Part shown: positions 1-8,959 of the stretch, piece by piece
Position numbering within the stretch: the stretch's first letter is position 1
How the letters are laid out: the number at the start of each line of letters is the position of its first letter
Source of the DNA: Blastocatellia bacterium
GTDB lineage: Bacteria > Acidobacteriota > Blastocatellia > UBA7656
Length of the DNA: 27,313 bases
Assembly (NCBI GenBank): GCA_035315885.1
Contig: DATFXM010000021.1
Location: 1 to 27,313, forward strand
Direction of reading: 5' to 3'
Notes under the pieces: model-generated
Database searches by the model: none
What the model was told of the DNA's origin: nothing
Seen by the model: the letters and a program-made list of their open reading frames with translations, nothing else
Position numbers and translations under genes: made by a program

Positions 1-85
1 CGGTTGTGAACTGTGGTCGTGACCCCGCATACTAAGTGATTCCAAATAGGGCCGCGCCGGCAATTCAACAGGCGTAGGACCAGCT

Positions 86-1768
86 ATGAGCAGCGTACCC
101 AACAAAGTGATCTATTCGATGGTCGGCGTGGGCAAGTTCTACGACAAGAAGCCGGTCATTAAGGACATATATCTCTCGTACTTCTACGGTGCAAAGATAG
201 GAGTGATCGGACTGAACGGCTCGGGCAAGAGTTCGCTTCTGCGGATCATAGCCGGTGTTGACAGGGAGTTCGTCGGAGAAACGGTATCGTCGCCCGGTTA
301 CTCCGTTGGCTACCTCGAACAGGAGCCGCGCCTCGATGATTCGAAGACCGTCCGTCAAATCGTCGAGGAGGGCGTCCAGGAAACGGTTGATTTGCTTAAG
401 GAGTTCGACGAGATCAATGCCCGATTTGCTGAGTCTCTTACTGACGACGAGATGAATGCACTGCTCGAACGTCAAGGCACGGTGCAGGAAAAACTGGAGA
501 GTGCCGGAGGCTGGGATCTCGACAGCCGTCTGGAAATGGCGATGGACGCGCTGCGCTGCGCGCCCGGCGAGACGCCGATCGCCGTTTTGTCTGGCGGAGA
601 GCGGCGGCGTGTGGCGTTGTGCAGGCTATTGCTGAAGCAGCCGGACATCTTGCTGCTCGACGAACCTACAAATCACCTGGACGCTGAATCAGTGGGTTGG
701 CTCGAACAGCATCTTCAAAAGTATGCCGGTACGGTAATCGCAGTGACGCACGATCGCTACTTCCTGGACAACGTGGCAGGCTGGATCCTCGAGCTGGATC
801 AGGGGCGCGGCATACCGTGGGAAGGAAACTATTCGTCCTGGCTTGGGCAGAAGCAAGAGCGATTGAGGCGTGAAGAGAAGACCGAGAGCCAGCGTCAAAA
901 GACACTCGAGCGTGAGCTGGAATGGATACGAATGGCGCCTCGCGCGCGACACGCAAAATCGAAGGCGCGAATCAACGCCTACGAGCAGTTGCTCTCGCAG
1001 GAAAGCGAACGGCGCGGTCGCGAGCTGGAGATCTTTGTTCCTCCGGGGCCCAGACTTGGAGATGTGGTCATTGATGCGAAGGATGTGACAAAGGCTTATG
1101 GCGACAACCTGCTGATGGAAGATCTTTCGTTTTCGTTGCCGCCTGGCGCGATCGTCGGAGTGATAGGACCCAATGGGGCGGGCAAGACTACATTGTTTCG
1201 GATGATCACCGGACAGGAACAAGCTGACTCGGGCAGCTTTCGTGTAGGCGAAACCGTCAAGCTCGGCTACGTCGACCAGAGTCGCGAACTCGACGCTGAA
1301 AAGACGATCTGGGCCGAGATCTCGGGCGGTGAGGAGATGATTCAGCTCGGCAAGCGAGAGGTCAACTCGCGAGCCTACGTCGCGAGATTCAACTTCTCCG
1401 GTTCTGACCAACAGAAGAAAGTAGGCATGCTGAGCGGGGGCGAACGGAATCGCGTTCACCTTGCGAAGATGTTGAAGGAAGGGGCGAATGTAATTCTGCT
1501 GGATGAGCCTACGAACGACCTGGACGTCAACACGCTGCGCGCGCTTGAAGAGGCGTTGGAGAACTTTGCCGGCTGCGCGGTTGTGATAAGCCACGATCGA
1601 TGGTTTCTGGATCGACTGGCGACACACATTCTGGCGTTTGAGGGAGAGAGCCGGGTTGTGTACTTCGATGGCAACTATTCGGAGTACGAAGCCGATCGAC
1701 GGGCCAGACTTGGGGAGAGCGCATCGCAGCCGCATCGAATAAAGTACCGCCACCTTACGAGAGGATAG
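86..1768 (+). CDS. ettA: ABC-F family ATPase, energy-dependent translational throttle EttA (YjjK)
   Basis: 560 aa. Two ABC cassettes, each with Walker A (GLNGSGKSS / GPNGAGKTT), an LSGGE signature and Walker B. The inter-domain linker and ~555 aa length are typical of EttA. Stop TAG at 1766-1768. Confidence 0.9.
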   Translation: MSSVPNKVIYSMVGVGKFYDKKPVIKDIYLSYFYGAKIGVIGLNGSGKSSLLRIIAGVDREFVGETVSSPGYSVGYLEQEPRLDDSKTVRQIVEEGVQETVDLLKEFDEINARFAESLTDDEMNALLERQGTVQEKLESAGGWDLDSRLEMAMDALRCAPGETPIAVLSGGERRRVALCRLLLKQPDILLLDEPTNHLDAESVGWLEQHLQKYAGTVIAVTHDRYFLDNVAGWILELDQGRGIPWEGNYSSWLGQKQERLRREEKTESQRQKTLERELEWIRMAPRARHAKSKARINAYEQLLSQESERRGRELEIFVPPGPRLGDVVIDAKDVTKAYGDNLLMEDLSFSLPPGAIVGVIGPNGAGKTTLFRMITGQEQADSGSFRVGETVKLGYVDQSRELDAEKTIWAEISGGEEMIQLGKREVNSRAYVARFNFSGSDQQKKVGMLSGGERNRVHLAKMLKEGANVILLDEPTNDLDVNTLRALEEALENFAGCAVVISHDRWFLDRLATHILAFEGESRVVYFDGNYSEYEADRRARLGESASQPHRIKYRHLTRG

Positions 1769-1874
1769 TTCTGAGTCCTGAGTTCTGAGTGCCGGACGTG
1801 GAAAGATCACTCATTAAAAACTACTCAGAACTCAGAACTCAGAACTTCGGTGTGACTCAGAACTCAGAACTTCC
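1767..1874. repeat. Heptamer-array palindromic element E1: left arm (GAGTTCT)x3, 32-bp core, right arm (AGAACTC)x3 plus an extra right-arm copy
   Basis: agttctgagtcctgagttctgagtg ... ctcagaactcagaactcagaac ... gactcagaactcagaacttcc. Starts at the ettA stop codon and ends directly against the ATG at 1875. Confidence 0.8.
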
Positions 1875-2255
1875 ATGAGCGAACAACAGATCCAGGTTCT
1901 GGCTGACGCACTCGGAATCCCAAAGATTCGACGGCACATCTTCCTTTGTTGTGACCAGACCAAACCCAGATGTTCCGAAAAGGAAAAGAGCCTGGAATCG
2001 TGGGAATATTTGAAGAGACGATTGAAAGAGCTGAACCTGCTCGGCGACGGAGGAGTCTACAGAACAAAGGCGAACTGCCTTCAGATTTGTCAGCACGGAC
2101 CGACTGCACTGGTCTATCCTGATGGTGTCTGGTATCACTCCTGCACGCCAGAAGTGCTCGAGCGGATCATTCAGGAACATCTTATCGGCGGTGTGCCCGT
2201 TGAGGAGTATGTTATCTTCCGTCATCCCCTGGAGACTCCGCGCGAAAACGAATGA
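1875..2255 (+). CDS. Thioredoxin-like [2Fe-2S] ferredoxin family protein
   Basis: 126 aa. Cys pattern CC-x7-C ... C-x3-C ([10 protein letters not shown] ... CLQIC), as in Aquifex Fd4/NuoE-type thioredoxin-like ferredoxins. Stop TGA overlaps the rnhA ATG (ATGA at 2252-2255). Confidence 0.65.
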   Translation: MSEQQIQVLADALGIPKIRRHIFLCCDQTKPRCSEKEKSLESWEYLKRRLKELNLLGDGGVYRTKANCLQICQHGPTALVYPDGVWYHSCTPEVLERIIQEHLIGGVPVEEYVIFRHPLETPRENE

Positions 2256-2728
2256 ATCAGAGCCAGGATGTCATCGCATACACGGACGGTGCTTGTTTGG
2301 GAAATCCCGGCCCGGGCGGTTGGGGTGTCGTACTTCTTTACGGCGATAACCGCAAGGAGCTGTCGGGCGGATTCCGTTTGACTACAAACAACCGCATGGA
2401 GATCACGGCGGTTATCGAAGCCCTCAGGGCGTTGAAGCGACCTTGCCGAATCACTGTACACAGCGACTCGCAATATGTGGTGAACGCGATCATGCAGGGT
2501 TGGGCAGAACGATGGCGCGAGAACGGATGGAAGCGCAACAAGAAAGAAAAGGCGATCAACCCGGACTTATGGGCCGAGCTCCTGGAGCTGGTTTCGCGGC
2601 ACACGGTGCGCCTGCAATGGGTGCGAGGACACTCCGGCGTTGAAGAGAACGAACGTGCCGACCGGCTTGCGATGGCCGCCGCACAACGCAAAGATTTGCC
2701 CCGGGACGAGCAATACGAGCGTTCTTGA
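2252..2728 (+). CDS. rnhA: Ribonuclease HI
   Basis: 158 aa. N-terminal motif [18 protein letters not shown] and the C-terminal ERADxLA acidic residues fit the RNase H type 1 fold. Typical length. Confidence 0.9.
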   Translation: MNQSQDVIAYTDGACLGNPGPGGWGVVLLYGDNRKELSGGFRLTTNNRMEITAVIEALRALKRPCRITVHSDSQYVVNAIMQGWAERWRENGWKRNKKEKAINPDLWAELLELVSRHTVRLQWVRGHSGVEENERADRLAMAAAQRKDLPRDEQYERS

Positions 2729-2737
2729 GTCAGAGGC

Positions 2738-3484
2738 TTGTATCATCTCCATTGTAAGCGAGCAACCGCTTTGAAAGCTCTTCAACAGCTTGCAAGTCTT
2801 CTTCCGGATATTCCTCGTTGGATAGAAGTCAGGTCGATGCTTCTCGAAGGTAGCTGTGAGGTCGAGGGCCTGAAGCCTGACCAGCCGGACGCTTGCTTTG
2901 TGCTTTGGAATCGGCGTAGAGAATTGACCGCGGTGGTCGGCCGCCCTGACAGAAATGCGATACAGGAAACATTGGTACGGGCTGAGAACAAGGGCGTGGT
3001 GATTTGTGCGCCCGAGAACACAGAATGGCTCGGAGCGATTCTCGAGGGCTGGTCAGCAGGTTCGGCAACGCTTCATTTGCTCAAAGATTCGTCCCGTTTA
3101 CCTCGGCCTGATCCGAATTCTGTCCGCTTTATCGCGGCGGATGAGATCGCGACTCTTGGATACTTGCCGCCACCTTTGCTTGAGGAGTTGGAGGTAGTTG
3201 CGCCGACTTGTTTGATTGCGGCTACATTGGTGGACAAAATGCCAGTGTCTTTCTGCTACGTGGCTTGGGAAACTGAGACTCTGTGGGACATTTCTATTGA
3301 AACGTTGCCCGGGCATCGCGGAAAGGGTCACGCAGGTGTTGCAGTGTCTTTCTTGATCGGTCATATGAATAGGAAGGGAAAACAGCCAGTGTGGGGTGCG
3401 GAAGATTCAAATTCTCCGTCGCTGAAGCTGGCGGCAAAGCTTGGCTTTGTTCCTGTAGACCGTCTGACAGTCTTTCGAAAATAG
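2738..3484 (+). CDS. GNAT-like acetyltransferase domain protein, start uncertain
   Basis: The C-terminal ~90 aa (ETLPGHRGKGHAGVAVSFLIGHM...KLAAKLGF) resemble a GNAT acetyl-CoA binding core. The N-terminal ~150 aa are unassigned. The longest ORF starts at TTG 2738, and an internal ATG lies at 2837. Confidence 0.45.
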   Translation: MYHLHCKRATALKALQQLASLLPDIPRWIEVRSMLLEGSCEVEGLKPDQPDACFVLWNRRRELTAVVGRPDRNAIQETLVRAENKGVVICAPENTEWLGAILEGWSAGSATLHLLKDSSRLPRPDPNSVRFIAADEIATLGYLPPPLLEELEVVAPTCLIAATLVDKMPVSFCYVAWETETLWDISIETLPGHRGKGHAGVAVSFLIGHMNRKGKQPVWGAEDSNSPSLKLAAKLGFVPVDRLTVFRK

Positions 3485-3550
3485 GAGCGAGAAATCGAGA
3501 ACGAGGAACCAAACTCAATCAACGAGAACCCCGGACTTTTCGCGGCGCTG

Positions 3551-4525
3551 GTGGGAGATGGTGGTCCTCTGTTGACTTTTGTCGCCTTGAGCCTGATTTT
3601 CGTGGGTGCGTTCGCCGTATTCCTTGCCGCGACCGGCCACTTTCTTCCGCAGGACGTAGCCTATCTGGGAATGACCGCCGATGAACTCTGCCGTCTGCAC
3701 GGATGTCGAGTCGTTCATTTCATGGCCCACGATCGAGTCTCATTCGGAGGGGCACTAATAGCGGTCGGAACGATGTATCTCTGGCTCGTCGCATTTCCGC
3801 TTAAGAGAGGAGAACCGTGGTCATGGTGGGTGTTCCTGCTAAGCGGCATTTCGGGGTTCGGTAGTTTTCTTGCGTACCTTGGATATGGCTACCTCGACAC
3901 CTGGCACGGAGTGGCGACGCTCGTTCTACTGCCTATATTCATTGCCGGGCTGGTGATGTCTCGAAAGCGGTTGACCCGGCCGAAGGGGCTTGCGTCTATC
4001 CTGAAACCAGCTATGCGACTCTCTCTCAGCACCTTCCAGGGGCTTGCGCGGATTCTTTTCGTATTTGTAGCGCTCGGCATGGTGGCCGGAGGGTTGACGA
4101 TAATGGTTGTGGGTATGACCAGAGTGTTCGTTCCCCAGGATCTCCAGTTCATGCAGATCAGCGCCGACCAGGTTAGGGCGATCAATCCGCGGCTCGTTCC
4201 ACTGATAGCGCACGATCGAGCTGGATTCGGCGGTGGAATTTGTTCGTGCGGGCTCACGGTTCTGCTGTCGGTCTGGTGTGGTCGTCCATCAAAGAGTCTG
4301 TGGCAAGCGTTGTGCGTTGCAGGTTTGGCAGGATTTGCGTCGGCGATCGGTGTACATCCGGCCGTTGGCTACACCAACCTCACGCATCTGGCGCCGGCGA
4401 TCGTTGGCGCGGCGACATTCGTCCTGGCACTAGTGCTTTCGTGGAAAGGCATGCACAGGCATCATCTTCAGCCCGAAGTCGATACTTCCAGCCAGAGAGT
4501 GGAAACGGTCAGCGAGACACTATGA
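3551..4525 (+). CDS. Polytopic membrane protein with an internal duplication (HDRxxFGG motif twice)
   Basis: 324 aa and hydrophobic throughout. Two homologous halves each carry an AHDR(V/A)(S/G)FGG motif. GTG start, no clear SD, so the start is uncertain. Confidence 0.5.
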   Translation: MGDGGPLLTFVALSLIFVGAFAVFLAATGHFLPQDVAYLGMTADELCRLHGCRVVHFMAHDRVSFGGALIAVGTMYLWLVAFPLKRGEPWSWWVFLLSGISGFGSFLAYLGYGYLDTWHGVATLVLLPIFIAGLVMSRKRLTRPKGLASILKPAMRLSLSTFQGLARILFVFVALGMVAGGLTIMVVGMTRVFVPQDLQFMQISADQVRAINPRLVPLIAHDRAGFGGGICSCGLTVLLSVWCGRPSKSLWQALCVAGLAGFASAIGVHPAVGYTNLTHLAPAIVGAATFVLALVLSWKGMHRHHLQPEVDTSSQRVETVSETL

Positions 4526-4566
4526 TTTCGTTTCACTGTTGGACGGGTTTGATCAAGCGAACTTGT

Positions 4567-5193
4567 TTAAGACGCAGGAGCCTTTGCGCGTCTTGGCTTG
4601 CGCTCGGTGATTTCGGGCAAGTACTTGTTAGCCACCCTGTAAGCGAGTAGAAGCACCAACACAAGACCGAACATAATCGGCTCGCGCGTATCTGCCTTGA
4701 CCAGCATATAGTAGTGAATCACTGCAGCGGCGGCGGCCGCATACGTCGCGGTGTGAATCCTGTTCCAACGCTTTCCTCCCAGCCTTTTGATCCAGCCTTG
4801 AGTCGAAGTGACCGCGAGTGGCATCAGTAGAACGAACGCGCCCATACCCATTGTAATGAAGGGTCGCTTGAGGATGTCCTGGCCGATTGCAGGGAAGTCA
4901 AAGAACTTGTCGAACCAGACGTACGTGAGAAGATGAAGCGTCGCATAGAAGAATCCGTAAAGGCCGAGCATGCGACGGAGCTTTACCATCCAGGGCTGGC
5001 CGATGATCTTCCGCAGCGGGGTGACGCACAGGGATAACAGTAGAAAGATCAGCGCAAGCACGCCGGTTGTGCGAGTGGCAAACTCGGTAGGGTTGGCGCC
5101 GAGATGATGATAATAGGCATCCAACCCGAGAAGCGTGAGCGGTACGAGACTGCTAACGAAGATTACGAATCTCGAAAACTGCGTGTCGGTCAT
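4567..5193 (-). CDS. msrQ: Protein-methionine-sulfoxide reductase heme-binding subunit MsrQ (YedZ)
   Basis: 208 aa, six predicted TM helices, conserved His in TM helices and the YedZ ferric-reductase-like family length. Lies downstream of msrP on the same strand. Confidence 0.85.
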   Translation of the reverse strand: MTDTQFSRFVIFVSSLVPLTLLGLDAYYHHLGANPTEFATRTTGVLALIFLLLSLCVTPLRKIIGQPWMVKLRRMLGLYGFFYATLHLLTYVWFDKFFDFPAIGQDILKRPFITMGMGAFVLLMPLAVTSTQGWIKRLGGKRWNRIHTATYAAAAAAVIHYYMLVKADTREPIMFGLVLVLLLAYRVANKYLPEITERKPRRAKAPAS

Positions 5194-5200
5194 GGTTGAC

Positions 5201-5370
5201 GGTTTCTAGTTTCTGGTTTCTGGTTCTTATTCTCTGCTCGACTACAACAGTCGATTGGTTGATTGACGAAAGTACTCAACACTTCGAAGCGTGCTCGGGT
5301 TCTCTCCATGGGCTGGCATTTGTAGGGCAATTCGTCAGGAACGAGAAACCAGAAGCCATAAACCCGAGAC
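5201..5370. repeat. Heptamer-array palindromic element E2 (GGTTTCT family), intercistronic between msrP and msrQ
   Basis: Left arm ggtttctagtttctggtttctggttc (5201-5226). Right arm gaacgagaaaccagaagccataaacccgag (~5339-5368). Inner complementary segments gctcgggttctc / aacccgag are also present. Confidence 0.65.
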
Positions 5371-5376
5371 CGATCA

Positions 5377-6363
5377 TCAAAAGTATTTTTTCAAATCCAT
5401 TCCTGAATAAAGGCTCGCGACCTGGTCGCCGTAGCCGTTAAACAACAACGTGTCTCGAAGACCGAATTCACCAATGCGCCTCTCTCTTTTCTGACTCCAT
5501 CGAGGATGATCGACTGCAGGATTCACGTTCGAGTAGAAGCCGTACTCGCTCGGTGCGGCGAGATTCCAGGTCGTTCGCGGCTCCTCGGCAACGAGCCTGA
5601 TCTTGATAATCGACTTGATGCTCTTGAACCCGTACTTCCACGGAACGACCAGCCGTAGAGGCGCGCCGTTTTGCGGCGGCAGCGTCTCCCCGTAGAGACC
5701 GTTCACAAGAATGGCCAGCGGATGCAATGCCTCATCAAGGCGCAATCCCTCAACATAAGGCCAGTCCAAAACTGAACTCCTTATATTCGGCATCTGGTTG
5801 CCGTCAGCCAGCGTCACAAATTGAACGTATTTTGCGGCAGAATTCGGCTGCACCTGCTCCAGAAGCTTAGCCAATGGGAAACCAACCCACGGAATGACCA
5901 TCGACCATGCTTCCACGCACCGGTGTCGGTACACCCGCTCTTCGAGCGGCGCCAGCTTCACTATTTCGTCGATATCGAAAGTTCGCGGTTTGTTGCAAAG
6001 TCCTTCGACTTCAACTGTCCACGGTCGCGTGACGAAGTTCCGCGCTTTGCTTGCTACCGCACGCTTGTCGGTAGAGAACTCATAGAAGTTGTTGTAGTGG
6101 GTGATGTCGTCGTACGAGGTCTTCTTTTCGTTTGCGATCTCCGGAGCCGGCGACTGTTCGCCGGAGCCCGATTGCTGAACGCCCTCGATTTTGTTGCCGG
6201 AGGTCGATTTCTGATCCGGCGTGGCGAAGTAGCGGTAGAGCAGGCCCGTGCCCAGCACAGAACCGGTCAGCGCGGCCCCTCGCAGAAACGTCCTGCGACT
6301 CATGTAAACGCTTTTGGGCGTGATCTCGCTCGATTTGATGTCTTCGGCTTTCTTGATAACCAT
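5377..6363 (-). CDS. msrP: Protein-methionine-sulfoxide reductase catalytic subunit MsrP (YedY), molybdopterin-dependent, Tat-secreted
   Basis: 328 aa. The N-terminal extension plus twin-arginine signal ([15 protein letters not shown]) is collinear with E. coli YedY. Sulfite-oxidase-family Mo-MPT domain present. Confidence 0.9.
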   Translation of the reverse strand: MVIKKAEDIKSSEITPKSVYMSRRTFLRGAALTGSVLGTGLLYRYFATPDQKSTSGNKIEGVQQSGSGEQSPAPEIANEKKTSYDDITHYNNFYEFSTDKRAVASKARNFVTRPWTVEVEGLCNKPRTFDIDEIVKLAPLEERVYRHRCVEAWSMVIPWVGFPLAKLLEQVQPNSAAKYVQFVTLADGNQMPNIRSSVLDWPYVEGLRLDEALHPLAILVNGLYGETLPPQNGAPLRLVVPWKYGFKSIKSIIKIRLVAEEPRTTWNLAAPSEYGFYSNVNPAVDHPRWSQKRERRIGEFGLRDTLLFNGYGDQVASLYSGMDLKKYF

Positions 6364-6476
6364 CGCAATTAATCAGTTGCTTCCCTTAGCACTCCAACCT
6401 TAAATCCCCGCGGGTTCCGGTTTTATTCCCATCGCGACAATATTGATTGGATACCGTTTGAGCTAAAGACGCAACT

Positions 6477-6508
6477 TCTAAAATGAGCAGGGCGCCGAAG
6501 CGCCCTGC
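6477..6508 (-). terminator. Rho-independent terminator after the aldehyde dehydrogenase gene
   Basis: GCAGGGCGC-cgaa-GCGCCCTGC hairpin (9-bp GC stem, tetraloop) at 6487-6508. Followed on the minus strand by TCATTTTAG. Confidence 0.6.
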
Positions 6509-6534
6509 GTTGTGTTTGCATTAAGACCGGTTCA

Positions 6535-8067
6535 TCAGGCTATCTTTCTCAAACCCCTTCGGTACAGTAGCCTCATTAACGCCTTAAACCTACCGTACCA
6601 GCGCGGTGTATAAGGAAACCACCACCAGTCGCTTTTCATCGGAAACAAATCCCAGTTCAAGTGTTTCATTCGAACAAACTCGAAGAGTCCTGCCTCTCCA
6701 TGCGTGACCCCAATCCCGCTCTCTTTGACGCCAAACCAAGGGGTTTGCGCAGCGCCGTGAGTGTACAACGCATCGTTGATAATCACCGTGCCTGCCTCGA
6801 TGCGGTTCGCGATCCTCCGGCCGCGTTCGTTGTCGGCCGTCCACACTGAGGCGAGCAAACCATATCGCGAATTGTTGGCCTCGCTAATTGCCTCTTCTTC
6901 GGTCTTCACGATTTTTATTGGAAGCACCGGCCCAAAAGTCTCATCGGTCATCACTTTCATCGAATCGTTAACGTTGACCAGAACGGTAGGCTCGAAGAAG
7001 TAGCCTCCGAGATCGGGACGCTCTCGGCCACCCGCGAGTACCCGAGCGCCCTTTGCTACGGCGTCGGAAACGTGATCAACCACCACCCCCAATTGACGCT
7101 CATTGACCAGCGGCCCAACATCCGTAGAGCAATCGGGCCCTGGTGCACCCACTCGAAGCTTCTTCACCTCCTCGACAACCGCGGCTATGAATTTCTGCGC
7201 GATCGGCTCCATCACGTAAAGACGCTCGACCGAAGCGCAGACCTGTCCGCAGTTCATAAACGCGCCCCACACGGCGCCCTTTACCGTCCGTTCGAAAGGT
7301 GCGTCTTCGCACACGATCATCGGATCTTTGCCGCCGAGCTCGAGAACGATTGGCAACAGCCGCTTTGCCGCAGACTCGGCAATCCGCTTGCCCGTTCTGA
7401 CCGAACCCGTGAAGAAAATCTTGTCGACTTTCGATTCGACGAGCGCAGCTCCGGTACTGCCGTCACCCTGCACGACTTCAAGAACGCCTTCTGGAATTCC
7501 GGCCGCGGCAAAAAGGCGCTTGATAGCGTCACCGACCAGCGGAGTGTATTCCGACGGTTTGAACACCACGGCGTTACCGGCCATCAGTGCCATCACAATC
7601 TCGCCCACCGGTATCGAGAAAGGAAAATTCCACGGGCTGATGACTCCCACAACGCCGAGCGGCTCGTAAACCAGCATCGAGCGCTTGTTTCGCATCACTG
7701 CCAGCGAGAACTTTTGAGACTTGAGGATGCGCTGTGCATTAGTGGCGAAGTGGCTCATCAAATCGCTCACCATGAACACTTCAGTGGAGAGAGCTTCAAA
7801 GGGAGGCTTGCCAGTTTCGTCGGAGATGATGCGGACAATCTCTTCTTTTCTGTCGAACAGTTCGCTTTGTACCTGCAGAACAATGCGCGCTCGATCATTG
7901 AAACTCAGCGCTCCCCACGCGGGCTGCGCAGCTCGTGCCCGGTCTACTGCAGCGTTCACCTCGGCGGCGGTGGTGATATGGAACCGCGCGACCTCTTCGA
8001 GCGTGGCGGGATTCAGCGATACGATTTCGGCACGGTGCTTATCGATGGTCTTCGGACTCGCAGTCAT
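6535..8067 (-). CDS. NAD(P)-dependent aldehyde dehydrogenase family protein with a C-terminal Trp-rich extension
   Basis: Catalytic Cys (CGQVCASVER) and Glu (ELGGKDP) motifs and a Rossmann GxxxxG are present. The start is placed at ATG 8065-8067 (MTASPKT), with AGGAGA 7 nt upstream; the longer ORF to 8106 lacks an RBS. Confidence 0.85.
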   Translation of the reverse strand: MTASPKTIDKHRAEIVSLNPATLEEVARFHITTAAEVNAAVDRARAAQPAWGALSFNDRARIVLQVQSELFDRKEEIVRIISDETGKPPFEALSTEVFMVSDLMSHFATNAQRILKSQKFSLAVMRNKRSMLVYEPLGVVGVISPWNFPFSIPVGEIVMALMAGNAVVFKPSEYTPLVGDAIKRLFAAAGIPEGVLEVVQGDGSTGAALVESKVDKIFFTGSVRTGKRIAESAAKRLLPIVLELGGKDPMIVCEDAPFERTVKGAVWGAFMNCGQVCASVERLYVMEPIAQKFIAAVVEEVKKLRVGAPGPDCSTDVGPLVNERQLGVVVDHVSDAVAKGARVLAGGRERPDLGGYFFEPTVLVNVNDSMKVMTDETFGPVLPIKIVKTEEEAISEANNSRYGLLASVWTADNERGRRIANRIEAGTVIINDALYTHGAAQTPWFGVKESGIGVTHGEAGLFEFVRMKHLNWDLFPMKSDWWWFPYTPRWYGRFKALMRLLYRRGLRKIA

Positions 8068-8203
8068 GGGAGATCTCCTGGAGACGCCGGCGTGCGCCGG
8101 TAACAAGCTTCAACAAAGCTAAACAGGTGGATAGCAAACCGGAGCCCGGTCATCGGGCCAGTAGCATCCTACTACGATCGGGGCGAAGCTCATAACGGGA
8201 GAT

Positions 8204-8839
8204 TCATCCCAGCATCTCCAGCAGGTCGGTAGGTGAGTCGAGGGTGAGATCCGGCACTGCATCAATGAGGCGCTCGCGGGTGGACCCGCCCCACAAGGCC
8301 GCAGCGGTTCGAGTGCCCGCCGCACGACCCATCAGGATGTCCGACGGACTGTCGCCGATTACGAGCGTAGCGCGCGGATCGGCGTTCAGCTCGCCCAATG
8401 CTCGCAGAACGCCATCCGGTTCAGGCTTCGGACGAGCAACGTCGTCTCCCCACACGGCGAAGTCAATGCGCGACCTGAGTCCGATGATATCTAACTCGAG
8501 CTCGCCCGCGCGACGGGGCTTGAGCGACACGATGCCTACGCTTGCGCCACGCTGATTGAGTGAATCGAGCACGCGTTCCACGCCGTCGTAGGCGGTGAGG
8601 TGCTGATGGTGCGTTGCGTAGTAGTGTTCTTCAAAGCTCGCAAGCATCTCATCCACCATCTGCTCGCCGTAGCGCTTGAGAACCTCGTGCGGGGTGACGT
8701 TCCAGAAATCAGTGAAGTCCCGTTCATCGGGAGCTGAGCCGGTGTGACGTTCAATCGAATGCAGGAATGCTACGCGATACGCCGGTTCAGAATAAGCCAG
8801 TGTTCCATCAAAGTCGAACAGGAAGCAGTTCAAGTTCAC
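8204..8839 (-). CDS. HAD-superfamily hydrolase (phosphoglycolate phosphatase-like, subfamily IA)
   Basis: Motif I FDFDGTL, motif II S/T, motif III K ... GDSxxD (VIGDSPSDI). The start is placed at GTG 8839, with GGAGAA 8 nt upstream. The longer ORF to 8977 would run through repeat element E3. Confidence 0.7.
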   Translation of the reverse strand: MNLNCFLFDFDGTLAYSEPAYRVAFLHSIERHTGSAPDERDFTDFWNVTPHEVLKRYGEQMVDEMLASFEEHYYATHHQHLTAYDGVERVLDSLNQRGASVGIVSLKPRRAGELELDIIGLRSRIDFAVWGDDVARPKPEPDGVLRALGELNADPRATLVIGDSPSDILMGRAAGTRTAAALWGGSTRERLIDAVPDLTLDSPTDLLEMLG

Positions 8840-8882
8840 TACGATATTCTCCTCTCTCTGTGCGCCGCTGCCAAGGGATAGG

Positions 8883-8958
8883 GAGTACTGAGTACTGAGA
8901 GACTTCAAGTCCGCATCGGTTGCAACTCCAATCTCAGAGTTCCATACTGAGAACTTCC
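8883..8958. repeat. Heptamer-array palindromic element E3 (degenerate; GAGTACT arms)
   Basis: gagtactgagtactgagag ... ctcagagttccatactgagaacttcc. The right end abuts the ATG at 8960. Confidence 0.6.
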
Positions 8959-8959
8959 C

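Noticed and set aside
689-1810. 373-aa ORF antisense to ettA
   Set aside because: It lies entirely inside a high-confidence ABC-F gene, has no recognisable motifs, is Arg/Ser-rich with GC-driven open-frame composition, and has no RBS. Antisense ORFs at 7072-8103, 10467-11009, 13975-14514, 14836-15531, 21305-21712, 22576-23544, 23489-23911 and 25697-26878 were rejected for the same reasons.
5196-5441. 81-aa ORF between msrQ and msrP
   Set aside because: It consists of the translated heptamer-array element E2 (FWFLVLIL...) and is explained by the repeat rather than by coding.
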